Made by a program: the position numbers and the translations under genes. A DNA stretch of 64,000 bases from NCBI RefSeq assembly GCF_006345805.1, contig NC_042998.1, positions 85,560,001 through 85,624,000 of the forward strand. The letters run 5' to 3'. Of the stretch, positions 39,922-54,147 are shown piece by piece (positions within the stretch are counted from its first letter, which is position 1; the number at the start of each line of letters is the position of its first letter). Source of the stretch: Octopus sinensis. Its lineage: Eukaryota. Below the pieces are notes generated by a model. It was not told the DNA's origin. It saw nothing but the letters and a program-made list of their open reading frames with translations, and did no database searches.

Positions 39922-42770
39922 GTACAGGAGGTGGCCAAACTCTACATAAGGAGTAGTAAACCACCATATATATGTGTATATATAAACGATGATGATGATA
40001 TATATATATATATATATATATATAAGTATATCACTATCCTCATCATTTTACATCCATTTTCCATGCTGGCCTGGATTGAATGGTTTGACAGGAGCTGATA
40101 TGCAGCAGGATTGTGTCAAGCTTCAATGTTTGCTTTGACATCCTTCCTAACACTAACCATTTCACGGAGTGTACTGAGTGCTTTTTACATGGTATCAACA
40201 CTGGTAAAGTCACCAAGTAACTCAAAAGACAAGTCCCCTTTACTGAGATCATCATCATCATCATTTAGCGTCCACTTTCCATGCTAGCATGGGTTGGACG
40301 GTTCAACTGGGGTCTGTGAAGCCAGAAGGCTGCATCAGGCCCAGTCTGATCTGGCAGTGTTTCTCCGGCTGGATGCCCTTCCTAACGCCAACCACTCCGT
40401 GAGTGTAGTGGGTGCTTTTTACGTGCCACCCACACAGGTGCCAGACAGAGCTGGCAAACGGCTACGGACGGATGGTGCTTTTTACATGCCACCGGCACAG
40501 GGGCCAGGCGAGGCTGGCAACAGTCATGAACGGATGGTGCTTTTACGTGCCACCGGCACGGGGGCCAGGCGAGGCTGGCAACAGCCATGAACGGATGGTA
40601 CTACGTGCCACCGGCATGGGGGCCAGGCAAGGCTGGCAACAGCCACGAATGGATGGTGCTTTTTACGTGCCACCGGCACGGAGGCCAGATGGATATAGTA
40701 TTGAAGAAGGCAACTTTATGCCTGGTGATGAGAAGTTAAAGTATGCTAGTGGGGCAGGAACAGGTGTCTTGCAGTGGAGGAGACACATGGCTACCTCACT
40801 TGTGAAGAGGGAGAAGATGGTGGTGAAGAAGAGTAACAGGAATTTGAATATAAGCAAAGTTGACAGGGTGAATGGGTAAGTTTGTGATAGTGTGAAAAGA
40901 AAGTGGCAGATGGGCAGAGATGGAGGGGAAAGCAGTGAATGGTGAACACAGGTGGTGTGGTGACTTGTGAATAACAGGGGAGAGATAGTAGAGGCATTAG
41001 GAGGTAGCACAGGCAATGTGAAGTGTTGGTGGTATGTGAGAGATGCACAGTGCCAAGGATGAGGTCAGAGGTATTCAGGGATAGAAATTTTGGCAAACGA
41101 ACATAGGTAATGGAGGATGCCATTGGTAGGATGAGAGGGTGTACAAGAAAAGTGGAGATTAAAGAGCTGTTCGGTAGACAGAAATAAGGTGGTTTCAGAG
41201 AGGGTGAGTAAGGGGACAGAAAAGGTGGGGGGTGCAATATGTGCAGCTCTGCTCTCAAATAATTACAGCAGCTGAATGGATAGTGCCATAGTCAGAAGAG
41301 TGATAGAAGGATGGGTGTTAGGAAAATAAGTTGTGAGAAAGAAACACATCAGGGACAGATAAGGTGCAGGGGCATTGGTATAAATAATATGCTTTAAGAG
41401 CCTCCACGAATTGCCATTGATCTCAGTCTTTTGTCATCTCCTCCATGAGACTCAACATCTGGAAGTCATTCTTCACTACTTCAACCCACATTTTCCTTGA
41501 TCTTCTTCTCATGCTCCATTCACATTCAGTGATTGGGACTTTGTTATGTACCTGTTCCCTTCCAAACTCATGACATGGCCATATATATGTTGCATGTATG
41601 CACAAACATACATACATATATATATACATATGTCTGTACAGGTGTGTGCTTGTGTGTTACTGTCTTCTTGCCTTGACATTGTGTGATAGTTGTAAATGGG
41701 CATCACCATCATGCAAGCAGTGTCCTTTGTTTTCAACTTTCCATCAGGCCATGGGGCAATATCACCTTACTTGGAAACGGGTGAAGCTTAATGACAGAAA
41801 GGGCGTCAAGCCATAGAAAATCTGCTTCAACATATTTTGTCTAACCTTTAGAAGCATGGAGAAGTGGATGTTAAAATGATGATGTGTATATACATATACA
41901 TACATGTAAAACCTGTATTGTCTACATGTGTATGTATGTGCATATATGTGTGCGTATGCATGTGTATATGTGCAGACATAGGTACATGTGTATGTATGTG
42001 CATATATGTGTGCATATGCATGTGTATATGTGCAGACATAGGTATATGTGTCTTATTTATGTTTATTTATTCATATATAAAACATATGTGTACACCACAC
42101 ACACACACACACATATATATATATACACTCACAGAATTGTTTTTTGCTTTGTTTTTCTTCCTTGTATGCTAACATTGCACATTCTGGCGCATTTTGTGCT
42201 ACTGACCTTCAGGATTTCCTACAACAAATGTCAAAGTATATGTCATATGTATCATATTATCTTAACTATGTTTACTTCATCAATCATTTTTGAATGCCAA
42301 CTGAAAGCAGTACCCATTTGACTTCTACCAAAAATACCCTATGTATGGAAGCTACATTGAGCCTTCTTATAAGCAACTGTTATTTTATTTCCTTATGAAA
42401 TCACTGTCCTATTTCTTGTGTTCCATAGACAAATTTTTTTTTCTTAAAATAAAATATTTTATTACTGTTTGCTGGTTTTGCAATATTGTATCAAATGACA
42501 TGTTTGTGTAACTAGGAAAGGATGCTGCCTTTAGTTTGTTGGGATAATCAAGACTGAACAAAATGTAGATGACTGTGAATGGTATTCTTTTTTGTTTTGT
42601 TTTAATTGTTCAGTCTAGAAAAATGGCTTTTGCTGGCCCTCCTAACCTGGTGAAATTTGTTTCATAAATGTTTGTCTTGAACCTTTGAAGGTCAATACCT
42701 GTGGGAAAGACATGATGAGCAGGGAGAGAATTCTAATGATCTGGGAATGAAGAACTTTTTACTTTTTTTT

Positions 42771-43160
42771 TACTCTTTTACTTGTTTCAATCATGTGACT
42801 GTGGCCATGCTGGAGCACCGCCTTTAGTCGATTGAGCAAATCGACCCCAGGACTTATTCTTTGTAAGCCTAGTACTTATTCTATCAGTCTCTTTTACCGA
42901 ACTGCTAAGTTACGGGGACATAAACACACCAGCATCGGTTGTCAAGCGATGTTGGGGGGGGGGGACAAACACAGACACACACATACATATATATATACGA
43001 CAGGCTTCTTTCAGTTTCCATCTACCAAATACACTCACAAGGTTTTGGTTGGCCCGAGGCTATAGTAGAAGACACTTGCCCAAGGTGCCATGCAGTGGGA
43101 CTGAACCCGGAACCATGTGGTTCATAAGCAAGCTACTTACCGCACAGTCACTCTTACGCC
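42771..43160 (-). mobile_element. SINE family A copy
   Basis: High similarity to 51085-51492 along its length. Confidence 0.85.
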
Positions 43161-43744
43161 TATAAACTGGAGACAGTGATTAGTACAGGGCCTGGAGGAG
43201 AAATGAAGTTGAACATGAGAAAATGATGTGAGGAAGAGAAGCAAGTGGCATGGGAATATCTGAACAAAACTGTCCTGCACCCATCCATCTTCAAGGAATA
43301 GAGGCTATTATAATTGTGAAAAGAACAGAAATAAGAATGGTTTGGTGGGTGAGTGTAAATGTCTAATTTAGACTTTTCAATAATGATTACAGTCCCATCT
43401 AATGATCACTTTAATTTTAATGGTCTTTGTGTTCAGAAATGTTTCAGACTCTTTGTTTTTTTTTTTATTATTATTATTATTATAGAGCATGCAGACTTGT
43501 AAATATCAAGAGAATTTTCAATGATACATTATAATTACTAAAAGGTTTAAATTTTGTTAATACATACTCATGCATCATATGGAGAACATAAGATGCAGGC
43601 ATGGCTCTGGTTAAGAAGTTTGCTTCCCACCATATGGTTTTAGGTTCAGTCCCACCACATGGCTCTTTGGGCAAAGCAAATGTCTTCTTCTATAGTTTCA
43701 GACTGACAAAAGCCTTGTGAGTAGATTTTGAAAACAGAAACTGT

Positions 43745-43822
<78 letters not shown>

Positions 43823-45368
43823 TTGGCATCATGTGATAGTCGAGAGCACCAGTCATACAAGCAATGTCATTTGTTTCCAATATCCTGCAAAAAAAATCTA
43901 ACTATGTAGAAATATTCTTTACTACTCTAGGCACAAGGCCCGAAATTTTGGGGGAGGGAGCCAGTCAATTAGATTGATCCCAGTACAGACCTGGTACTTA
44001 ATTTATCAACCCTGAAAGGCAAAGTCAACCTTGGCGTAATTTGAACTCATAACGTAAAGTCAGATGAAATATCGCTAAGCATTTTGCCCAGTGTGCTAAC
44101 ATTTCTGCCAGCTCACTGCCTTACTATGTAGAAACATTAGCTAACTTGGTAATGCATGTGGTTTACAAGCTGTGTACCTGTTTTAAACAAGTTTTTGTAA
44201 TACTTCTATAGTTCTATAGTTTAATTTTCTTTATATGCTGCTTCTATAATATGATCACATATACAGCTGTTCAGTTTAGGGGGAACTTTGTTTCCACTCA
44301 AACTGTTTAAAATCTCATTTGTGAAATAATGTGGAATTTCTGAGACAATAATTTAAAAAACTCATTTGAGTATTAATAACTTCACTTGGTAATGTATGTA
44401 GCACTAAATGGTGTTGCATACGCTGGTCTCCTGTGAATTATGTTATATTTAGTGATGTTGGTGACTATGTGAGTCAACTGTACCAACATATTCTGTATAA
44501 ATATTACATTTAAGCTCCCTAATAAACTATGATGTGTTACTGTCGAACACTGCAAATCAGTTGGGTAACCTGTCAAACGAAAGCTTTAACTCTGGAGAAA
44601 TTGGGTGCAGAAGAAAAGTTAGTGATGATGGTCAGATAGTAAAAATTGCAATATTTTGGTCTCATTATGAAGATCCAGAATCTTTGTGCCTACATCCTCA
44701 ATGGCTGGTGGATGGAAAACAGGCTTGCAAATGACAGAGACGAAAATGGAGTGGTGATATGAAGAACTGAATGGGGAGGGCCCTGGCAGAGTGTTTGTGA
44801 CCACAATATGTGACAAGGAGTGGTAGTTGTGCCTGAGGCCCCCAAGCATTCACCCATGAGGCTGAGCATATTCCTTCATTCCTTCCTTTCTTATTTCATT
44901 CATTCATTCAATAAACTAAAAGTTAAAAGACTGAGTAGATATATCAGTGTAGTGTTTGACTGACTTTTACTTGTTTGTTGGATCAGGGTGATATAAACCT
45001 CTGGTAAACAGTTGATTGGGATATCAGTATAGATTTATATTTGCATACATACAGCCATGAGTGTGTGTGTGTGAGTGAGTGAGTGAGTGACAAATTCAAA
45101 TACTGATATGGCTTTCCTGATCTGTATTGGTTAACATGTTTGTCTGGTCAGTAAACAAAATTGGTGATTTGATGCTTAGGAAACCATGTGAAATTTTATA
45201 GATCAAATTGGCATGGTGGTACTGAAACCTCTTTCAGTTAATCTCTTTGTAGATATTTGAACTCAGCTTTGCAAAATAACAGAAGACTTATGGATCATCC
45301 ATAGAATGGTGTGCTGGCATCAGAAAATAGAGCATCAGAAAAAATGATTTGTAGTATTTCTTCTGAGT

Positions 45369-46346
45369 CAAGGACATTTACATTCCCCCCCACACACACA
45401 AGGACAATTACCCCTAAGCAATTAACCCTCGATGTGTACCATATTTTCCAGTGTATAAGCCACTATTTTTTACCAGTGCCATTAATTTACACTCTGTTAC
45501 CTGATAAAAGCCAAAACTACTTACACAAATTTTCTGGAGCCACTAAAATCATTGAAACAAGATTTAGCACCCAAAACTATCATGGTAGATTTTGAAAAGG
45601 CCATGATTAATAGTTTACATTTGGCATTTCCACAAGCCAAGATAAATGATTGTTATTTTCACTTTAGCCAAAGCATCTATAAGAACATTCAATTTCATAG
45701 ATTTCAACAGCGATACCAAGACGAAAAAGAGTTTTCAACCTCTATGAGAATGATAGCTGATTTAGCTTTTGTTCCTACTTGTGATATTGAAAAAACTTTT
45801 GAAACCCTATGTGAAATACTCCCACCAGAAACATCCTTTGCAAGATAACTTGGAGAATAATACTTAGGATAACCATGTTGAAGAGGAAGACAGCGAGAAC
45901 CAGTGTTTGGAATGGATCTATGGAATATGTACAACAGAACATCGGATGAACTTCCAAGAACAAACAAGGCTGTGGAAGGGCAGCACAGGAGTTTTTTTTT
46001 ATCAAGTGCTGGTTGTTACCACCCAATCATTTGGAAGTTTTAAAAATATATCATAAGAGAGCAAGCATTATAACAAATACTTATGACTCAATTCTTGACA
46101 GGTTTTACTAAACAGCCATCGAGAAAGAAATATTTAGATGTTTCACCCCGTATTAATGCTGTAGTTAGCAATTAAGAAAACATAAATGTGATACAATATT
46201 TGCAAGGAATCGCATATAATTTGCACTTTTAGATGATGAATTAAAACTTTTTAATATATTGGAGAGTGGGTAATTAACTAAGGGGGTAATTGTCCTAGGG
46301 TGTAGTTATTGTCAGGAGGAATTGTTCTAGGCAGGTAATTGTCCTG
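45369..46346 (+). mobile_element. Internally deleted MULE (Mutator-like) element with transposase C-terminal remnant
   Basis: IMVDFEKAMINSLHLAFPQAKINDCYFHFSQSIYK (MULE DDE signature DFExA..CxFH), then WNMYNRT..LPRTN..VEG. The ends carry inverted AGGACAATTACCCC-type sub-repeats. Confidence 0.85.
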
Positions 46347-47754
46347 AAACACTTGTATGTTCTGAGTTCAACACCTACTGAAGTCAAATTTGCCTTTCAT
46401 CCCTCTGGAGTCAGTACAATAAAGTACCAGTCAAGTACTGGGGTCATTGGTATTGACTAACTCCCTCACCTTCAAAATTTCTGGCCTTGTGTCAAAAATA
46501 GAAATCATTTTCAGCTAGATGGAATGAACTGAGGAAAAATTAAAAGCACTTTGCTCAAAGACATATGACTTGGATGGGATCTTTTTTATGGTTGATCAGT
46601 ATCAGCTTATCAACATAGCCAGCTCTGACACTAGATACAACAACAAACATTTAAAAATTATTTTTCCTGGATAAAACGGGGGGCTTTAGATGTCTAGATC
46701 CCTCACCAAAACCTTGTTCTCGTTTCCTCTCACATTATCTTTACTCATGTCTTTCTAAGTCTTTTCCATCCTCTACTTCCTTCCATATTTGTTTCCTCTC
46801 TTTTCTCACTCATTCACATTCATCTTTCCTCAGCACATGACTTAACCATTTCATCCCATTTTTTTTTCTCTTCATCTGTTACTGGCTCAGTTTGCATCAT
46901 TCTCTGTTTTCCATTATTTGCCTTCCTCTCTTTCAGTGATACTCCACTCATCCACCAAACCATTCTTATTTCAGTTCTTACCAGCCTTCTCTGCTGCTCC
47001 ATATTCATTACCAATGTCTCACCTTTATAGGTCAACACTACTCACACTTGCAGAATATGGCTTTTATTTCAGTTCAGTAGTGTTCCCCTTCTCACACCAC
47101 CTCCCAAAATCTGTTCAATGTACATCTCATTCCAGCCACCATCACCAAATCTAGTCTATCTTCTTCATTCCATGTCCAACATTCTTATAACTAACTGTAA
47201 TAAAACCAATATTTACAAAATAAATAACGAATAATTGAAAATTGATTTAATACTTAAATCTAGAAGTAAAATAAATGATAGCTTAATACTTGTGCTTTCA
47301 GCAGTTTAACTTTTTTGTTACCATTTTTCTGTTGAAAGAACTGTCTTTGTTTCAATTAATGTAGAAAAATTTAGTAAAATAACTTTCTCATTTTAAACTG
47401 ATTTTTAGAACTTAAATTTGCATAAAATTTTGAAAGAAGGAGTTAACTTGGATCATTTTAAATCAAAAAAGTTCATATCATTGAACCAATGGCAGTCTCA
47501 GGTTGGGTGGTATGAAAAAGGGTTAGATACCTTGGTTTTTTAATTTCACTAAGAGACAATGTTAACCCTTTACATTTATACCAGCTGTGCCTGGCTAAAA
47601 CATTCTCCCTGCTTTATGTTAAAACTGACCAGGTCTGTCTTCTCTCACCTACCTTACAGAGTCATTTTAAAAATAGATTATCATGTCATCAAAAAGCTAC
47701 ATGGTAATGCATGAATAATTCAAAACAATGTGAATAAATAAGCATCACATTTGA

Positions 47755-48260
47755 CATCATCATCATCATCGTTTAACGTCCGCTTTCCATGCTAGCATGG
47801 GTTGGACGGTTCAACTGGGGTCTGGCAAGCCCGAAGGCTGCACCAGGCCAGTCAGATCTGGCAGTGTTTCTACAGCTGGATGCCCTTCCTAACGCCAACC
47901 ACTCCGAGAGTGTAGTGGGTGATTTTATGTGCCACCGACACAGGTGCCAGATGAGGCTGGCAGACGGCCACGCTCGGATGGTGTTTTTTATGTGCCACCG
48001 ACACAGGTGCCAGACGAGGCTGGCAGACGGCCATGCTCGGATGGTGTTTTCTTATGTGTCACCAACACAGGTGCCAGACGAGGCTGGCGAACGACCACGC
48101 TCGGATGGTGTTTGTTACGTGCCCACAGCACGGAGGCCAGTCGATGCAGTACTGCCTACGGTCACGTTCGGATGGTTTTCTTATGTGCCACCGGCACTGG
48201 TACCACAAGGATACAAATTCCATTGATGTTCATCTATTTTGATTTGGTTTGATTTGATTT
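47755..48260 (-). mobile_element. Young RTE 3' UTR copy ending ~125 bp upstream of exon 48386
   Basis: Nearly identical to the reverse complement of 26840-27400, sharing diagnostic gtgggtgattttatg and ggatacaaattccattgatgttcatctattttgatttgg. Confidence 0.85.
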
Positions 48261-48385
48261 AGAGTAATATAAATGTGAAAGAGTCAAGCAATAGTTTGTT
48301 ACTGAATTAGTGTTGCAGGTTTGATGCGAAGATAAAATGAAGTTGTGTTGCAATTAGTTATTTATTGTCTGGATTTTACTTTCAG

Positions 48386-48507
48386 TGGTGTGATCATTCC
48401 TGAACCGCAGCGTTTGCAGACTGCTATGTCGTTATATTCAAACAACTTGTGTGGATTGGTGTTCTTGGTTGATAATCGACTAAATTCATACACTGGCATC
48501 AAACGAG
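48386..48507 (+). CDS. C12orf4: C12orf4/FERRY3 coding exon (phase 2/1)
   Basis: tttcag|T GGT...G|gtatgt; [32 protein letters not shown] vs human [32 protein letters not shown]. Confidence 0.94.
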
Positions 48508-49401
48508 GTATGTTATTACTTACATCATTGACTTACATATAAACTAATTGTATTGTGTGACATAATTACATTTGTTAGCTTACATCTATGTCAGGAGGTC
48601 AGGTATAAATACATTGCAACCACGATCAAGTGTCACTCTTATTCACAAAGCTCCATCAGTGCTTGAATGATGCACTTCTGTTCAGGAAAGTACTTAAATA
48701 GACATACATATATAATTTATATATGTATGCATACATATATATATAAAAACACATACACACACACCTAAATATCCAAATGTGTGTGTGTGTGCATAATATG
48801 CATGCACATATATTTTCATTGTGTACACACACATATTCTTATACACACACACACACATACCCACATACATACACTCATACATGCTCATTATTTGTCCTGC
48901 TATGACAAAGAAAAATCTTAAAATACTAATAGTAAAGTACTAATTACGCATTACTAATTATGTAATTAGTACATATTGCTAATTTCATAAACAACTAGAC
49001 TCTGTCTGCTGTACAAATACACATATTCTGTTACATCCTCTTTCCATGCTACATTGATAGACTTAATCATTCATCGTGAGTATATTAATAATTTATGAGA
49101 GGGTAACAGTGATTTTAATTGCACATGGTGAATAAAATTGATGTGTATGGAAAACAACAAGTAGTTAAATTTAGAAATTCTAAAAATACTCGGGGAAATC
49201 CTACAAGTTTCGTTAGTGAACACTGGAAACTTCAGTTGTCTGTTGTTATTGTAATCATGGAGATGACAGCAAATGGCAGGTATGTTAGATAGGTAGAAAG
49301 AGAGAGAAATGAAAGAAATTGGGACAAGTGCTAGTTGAGGTGGTAACAGTAGAAAAAGGGAGAAAAAAGCTAACTGAAATGTAATCATTCATGCATGCAT
49401 G

Positions 49402-49635
49402 TCTTGTTTCTTTATTGCCCACAAGGGACTAAACACAGATGGGACAAACAAGGACAGACAAAGGGATTAAGTCGATTACATCGACCCCAGCGCATAACTG
49501 TTACTTAATTTATCAACCCCGAAAGGATGAAAGGTAAAGTCGACCTCGGCGGAATTTGAACTCAGACTGTAACAGCAGATGAAATACCGCTAAGCATTTC
49601 GCCCAGCGTGCTAACGTTTCTGCCAGCTCGCCTCC
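49402..49635 (-). mobile_element. SINE family C (tRNA head ggcgagctggcagaaacgttagcacg..gagttcaaattccgccgaggtcgac), intact copy
   Basis: A/B boxes and conserved body. Other copies at ~18400-18610, 21385-21600, 24340-24560, 43920-44120, 46355-46510, 54470-54660, 55330-55505. Confidence 0.8.
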
Positions 49636-50279
49636 TTAAAGTATGTCTGATCACATACACACACATGCATGCTCACTCACATGCATTCATGCACACACTC
49701 AAAGTAGTGGAAGAAAAGCAAATGATTTATTTTGTCTATGCACAAGATTAGTATTTAAAAGAGAGGGATATATTTGATTTAGTCATGCTTAGTACAGTGT
49801 TATTGGTTCTTACTTTATAGATTGTAGGTTGTGGTGCACCTGAGCACTGTATACAATAATTTCATTATTATTATTATAGATTGTCAAAAAGCAATGTTGT
49901 TCCCAGCAACATTTGAACTCAGAATTAAGTAGAGAATTGTAACAACAGCATGGCAATTGGTCCATGGTTTCATAGTTCTGCCAACTCAGCATTAATGTCA
50001 TACATTCAGAAGTTACAAAAATCCAACAAAACAAAGGACACCATCTGTTGTTTGTAGCTCATAAATTAGTATTGGTAAATTATCATCAGTTATGTAAATT
50101 TATGTAGGTATACATATGTGTATGTATACACACATAGACATTTGGTATTACAAATGGAAGAATTAGAATTTAATACATGAAGCTGAATGTTTGTATGTGT
50201 GCACAAATTATTTGTATATCGTATTGATTACTTGTCAGTGATGATGTGTACAAATGTGTATGTATAGGTGGAGTGTGTA

Positions 50280-50832
50280 TCATCATCATCGTTTAACGTC
50301 CGTTTTCCATGCTAGCATGGGTTGGACAGTTCAACTGGGGTCTGGGAAGCCAGGCCCAGTCTGATCTGGCAGTGTTTCTACAGCTGGATGCCCTTCCTAA
50401 CGCCAACCACTCGGTGAGTGTAGTGAGTGCTTTTTACGTGCCACCTGCACAGGTGCCAGACGAGGCTGGCAACGGCCACAATCGGATGGTGCATTTTACA
50501 TGCCACCGGCATGGAGGCCAGTCAGGGCGGCGCTGGCAACGGCCATGTTCGGATGGTTCTCTTATGTGCCATCGGCACTGGTATCACAGCTAAAATTTCC
50601 ATTGATGTTGATCGATTTCGATTTTGATTTTCACTTGCCTCAACAGGTCTTCACAAGTAGGGTTTGTGTCACAAGAAGGAAAGGTATGCATAAGTGGGCT
50701 GGCTACGTCCCAGGTAGAGGCCACAGGTTATGTTCTCACTTGTCCTGCCGGGTCTTCCCACACACAGCATACTTCCAAAGGTCTCGGTCTCTGGTCATTT
50801 CCTCGGTGAGACCCAATGTTCGAAGGTCGTGC
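50280..50832 (-). mobile_element. 5'-truncated RTE LINE 3' end (ORF tail plus UTR with (ATG)n tail)
   Basis: The minus strand gives DLRTLGLTEEMTRDRDLWKYAV, then the UTR with ~62-bp sub-repeats, the ttggcgttaggaagggcatccagc motif and a gatgatgatga tail. UTR-only copies at ~11399-11635, 18032-18400, 21990-22250, 25437-25720, 29780-30180, 34458-35020, 40250-40690, 57290-57440, 59605-59815, 62450-62585. Confidence 0.8.
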
Positions 50833-51084
50833 TTATATATATATACTAGAGTAAGCACATAAATGTGAAACAAAGTGGAAAAAAGAGTACTCCAATACCA
50901 GAGGTAGAGTAATATGCTTTATTTAAAAGCAGCAGAAAATATAACAAAAGCTGTTACTGAGAGTTTCACGTTCCCATTCATCAGACTGTCCGGTGAACGG
51001 GAACGTGAAACTCTTTTGTTATATTTCTGCTTCTTTTGTTATATTTTCTGCTTCTTTTAAATAAAGTATATATGTATATATGTA

Positions 51085-51960
<876 letters not shown>

Positions 51961-52539
51961 TATGCTCTTGACTTTTTTTCTTCTGAAGAAAATAAGGATG
52001 TACATAAATAATAACAATAAATTGATTATACTAGTTCTCTTTTATTTTCTTTATCTTTCCAAAAGTGAATGCCTTTGTCAGCTTCATGACACTAATACAA
52101 AATAGTTTAAAGAGGTGTTCTTCCAAAAAGTTGGTGAAGTAGCATGTTTGAGTTAGATAGAATTGTATGCAGAGATAAGTATCAAGTTTAAAATAACAAC
52201 ATTAATAATATAAGCAAGATTTACATAAATGATTTGGGTGGGTGTGAGTATGTGTGTGTGCACATATGTATATGTGTGTCTCTTTATGTATGTTTTGTCA
52301 TCTTGTGTTGAGATGGAATGATAAATGTAAATAAGTGACACTGTCATATAAGCAATATCATTTATTGCTAATATTCTGTGTAAACATATCTAGCCTTGAG
52401 GAAATATTAGCTTGCTTAGAGATAGAAAGAGCATTTGGCCATGGAAAATCTGCCTCAACAAGTTTTATCTAACCCATGTAAGCATAGAAAAGTGGATGTT
52501 ATGATGATGATGATGACATATGTGTGTGTGTGTGCCCTC

Positions 52540-53130
52540 GGCTGTGACAGCTGAGAACATGCTTAAGCTTGAAAGAAATTAAGCTAGTATGCTTCACTGG
52601 ATGTGCAATGTTAGTGTGCATGTACAACAAAGTGTAAGCATCTTGAGGGAAAAGTTGGGCATAAGAGGCATCAGATATGAGATGGGCATAAGAGACGACT
52701 GCGTTGGTATGGTCATGTGACGTGTATGAATTTGGACAGCAGTGTGAAGAAGTGTCTCGATCTCTAGCAGTGGAAGTAAGCTGTAGAAGAGGGAGACCCA
52801 GGATCACATGGGATGAGTTGGTGAAGTATGATCTTCAAATGTTGGGCCTCGTGGAGGCAATGACTAGTGACTGAGACCTTTGGCAAAATACTGTGCTTGA
52901 GAAGACCCATCAAGCCAAATGAACTCATAGTTGTGGCAGATACTGGTGTCACACAACTGACACCCACACTGGTGGCACACAAAAAGCACCCATTACACTT
53001 TCAGAGTGGTTGGTGTTAGGGTGTCCATCCGTAGAAACCATGTCAAATCAGACTGGAGACTGTGGCAGCCCCTCAGCTTACCAGCCATGGTCAAACCGTC
53101 CAACCCATGCCAGCATGGACAATGATGAAT
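52540..53130 (+). mobile_element. 5'-truncated RTE LINE: ORF end plus 3' UTR
   Basis: RLRWYGHVT..RRGRPRITWDELVKYDLQMLGL..MTSD.DLW followed by the UTR ending ccgtccaacccatgccagcatgga..atgatga. Confidence 0.8.
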
Positions 53131-53387
53131 ATATATATATGTCTGTAAAGTCTAATATGTAATTCAGAATTGTAGAAATAGTGTTATATGTATCTACTTG
53201 AATTAAAGTTCCTTTAGAGTGTCTTATGTAATGAAAGTAGATAGCGTTGCTGACATAAATAGAAAATAAAATAACATTCCTATGTAATGAGCAGGAAATG
53301 TGATGCAGTGAATTAACTTATCATTCATCTTCAATATGTCTTGTTATTTAAACTAGTTGAAATGAATAGAAAATTGTAGTACTGAGG

Positions 53388-53765
53388 TTTACTCTTTCAC
53401 TTGTTTCAGTTATGTGACTGTGGCCGTGTTGGAGCACCGCCTTTAGTCGCACAAATTGACCCCAGGGCATATTCTTTGTAAGCTTAGTATTTATTCTGTC
53501 TGTCACTTCTGCCAAACCGCTAAGTTACAGGGACATAAACACACCAACATTGGTTGTCAAGCAATGTTGGGGTGACAAACACAGATACACACACACATAT
53601 ACGACGATCTTCTTTCAGTTTCCATCTACCAAATCCACTCACAAGGCTTTGGTCGGCCCGAGGCTATAATAGAAGACACCTGCCCAAGGTGCCACACAAT
53701 GGGACTGAACCCGGAACTATGTGGTTTGTAAGCAAGCTACTTAACACACAGCCACTCCTATGCCT
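53388..53765 (-). mobile_element. SINE family A copy
   Basis: Similarity to 51085-51492. Confidence 0.85.
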
Positions 53766-53962
53766 ATGTTGAAGAAAAGAATGTGAAAGATTTTGAGTTT
53801 TGTTTATATAGTCAAATTGGCTGAAAGAATACTGGTTTCTAAAGGGTCTTTAAAAAGCCATGAAAAAATTGTGAATTACTAAAATATGCATGAGACATTA
53901 CATGTACATGACCTTTTAGATTTCGTTGTTTTCTAATCTCCTTAATCATGATTTTTACTTAG

Positions 53963-54147
53963 AATTTGCTCGTGTGTGTGATCAAGCAACAGATTTCCAT
54001 TTTCTTGATCTGGAGCAGCAGTTTGCCCTAATAGAATCTCAGATCAGTTTAGCTAATGACTGGAGTATGCTGAGAAAGTCTTCTGATCCAGAGGCAGTTG
54101 AATCAACAAGTGTAAAAAGTTTTGGCAGCAGCAACAGCGATGGTCAG
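53963..54147 (+). CDS. C12orf4: C12orf4/FERRY3 coding exon (phase 1/0)
   Basis: acttag|AA TTT...CAG|gtaat; EFARVCDQATDFHFLDLEQQF vs human [21 protein letters not shown]. Confidence 0.92.

Noticed and set aside
40690-41400. Purine-rich stretch with 117- and 155-aa minus-strand ORFs
   Set aside because: Compositionally biased and probably an old LINE remnant; no motif I can name and no splice structure.
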